Shown: piece after piece, positions 62,954 to 64,000 of the stretch
How positions within the stretch are numbered: the first letter of the stretch is position 1
Layout: the number at the start of each line of letters is the position of its first letter
Origin: Mustelus asterias
Lineage: Eukaryota
DNA: 64,000 bases
Direction: 5' to 3'
NCBI RefSeq assembly: GCF_964213995.1
Contig: NC_135808.1
Coordinates: 43,400,001-43,464,000, forward strand
Notes under the pieces: model-generated
Databases searched by the model: none
Seen by the model: only the letters and a program-made list of their open reading frames with translations
Told to the model about the DNA's origin: nothing
Made by a program: the position numbers and the translations under genes

Positions 62954-64000
62954 CAGTAAGGAGTCTCACAACACCAGGTTAAAGTCCAACAGGTTTATTT
63001 GGTAGCAAAAGCCACTCGCTTTCGGAGCACATCCCTTTCGTCAGGTAAGTGGGAGTTCCGTTCACAAACAGGGCATATAAAGACACAAACTCAATTTACA
63101 AAATTGGTTGGAATGCGAGTCTTTACAGGTAATCAAGTCTTAAAGGTACAGACAATGTGTGTGGAGAGAGCGTTAAGCACAGGTTAAAGAGATAGAACAT
63201 AGAACATAGAAAGCCACAGCACAAACAGGCCCTTCGGCCCACAAGTTGCGCCGATCACATCCCCACCTCTAGGCCTATCTATAGCCCTCAATCCCATTAA
63301 ATCCCATGTACTCATCCAGAAGTCTCTTAAAAGACCCCAACGAGTTTGCCTCCACCACCACCGACGTCAGCCGATTCCACTCACCCACCACCCTCTGAGT
63401 GAAAAACTTACCCCTGACATCCCCCCTGTACCTACCCCCCAGCACCTTAAACCTGTGTCCTCTCGTAGCAACCATTTCAGCCCTTGGAAATAGCCTCTGA
63501 GAGTCCACCCTATCCAGACCCCTCAACATCTTGTAAACCTCTATCAGGTCACCTCTCATCCTTCGTCTCTCCAGGGAGAAGAGACCAAGCTCCCTCAACC
63601 TATCCTCATAAGGCATGCCCCCCAATCCAGGCAACATCCTTGTAAATCTCCTCTGCACCCTTTCAATGGCTTCAACATCTTTCCTGTAATGAGGTGACCA
63701 GAACTGCGCGCAGTACTCCAAGTGGGGTCTAACCAGGGTCCTATAAAGCTGCAGCATTATCTCCCGACTCCTAAACTCAATCCCTCGATTAATGAAGGCT
63801 AGTACGCCGTACGTAGATGTGTATTGTCTCCAGCCAGGGCAGTTAGTGAGATTTTGCAAGCCCAGGCAAGTCGTGGGGGTTACAGATAGTGTGACATGAA
63901 CCCAAGATCCCGGTTGAGGCCGTCCTCATGTATGCGGAACTTGGCTATCAGTTTCTGCTCTGCGACTCTGCGTTGTCGTGTGTTGTGAAGGCTGCCTTGG
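62954..64000 (-). mobile_element. Penelope retroelement 4 (3' end) interrupted by a CR1 (63193-63812)
   Basis: pLTR with a degenerate hammerhead at about 63012-63053; GIY-YIG 3' end resumes at 63814; CR1 ORF 63275..63859. Confidence 0.88.

Overview
This is vertebrate genomic DNA, almost certainly from a shark (probably a carcharhiniform/houndshark, judged from HE1-type SINEs, HER1/CR1 LINEs and the gene families present). It is mostly nested transposable elements: many CR1 LINEs, HE1/V-type SINEs, four Penelope retroelement insertions (three show 5' inversions; all carry hammerhead-ribozyme motifs), three solo LTRs with target-site duplications (TSDs), and one TIR-to-TIR PIF/Harbinger transposon with a decayed transposase and a Myb/SANT gene. 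Host genes: (1) a six-exon MHC class I heavy-chain gene on + (alpha1, alpha2, alpha3, TM and two cytoplasmic exons; 5465-24916) with a frameshift in alpha2 and no leader exon found on its own strand; (2) an intact two-exon, 319-aa GPR139/GPR142-like GPCR on - (48050-50745); (3) a broken paralogous GPCR exon at 62747; (4) a decayed tRNA-Arg(CCT). The most interesting unexplained signals are a poly(A)-tailed, TSD-flanked ~210-bp retroposon with a U2 snRNA-derived head (a candidate shark SINEU), an orphan IRF-site + TATA + signal-peptide exon on - facing the leaderless MHC gene, a consensus D-box in the GPCR promoter, and several fold-back (template-switch) structures. Family assignments come from recall and visual inspection, not database searches.
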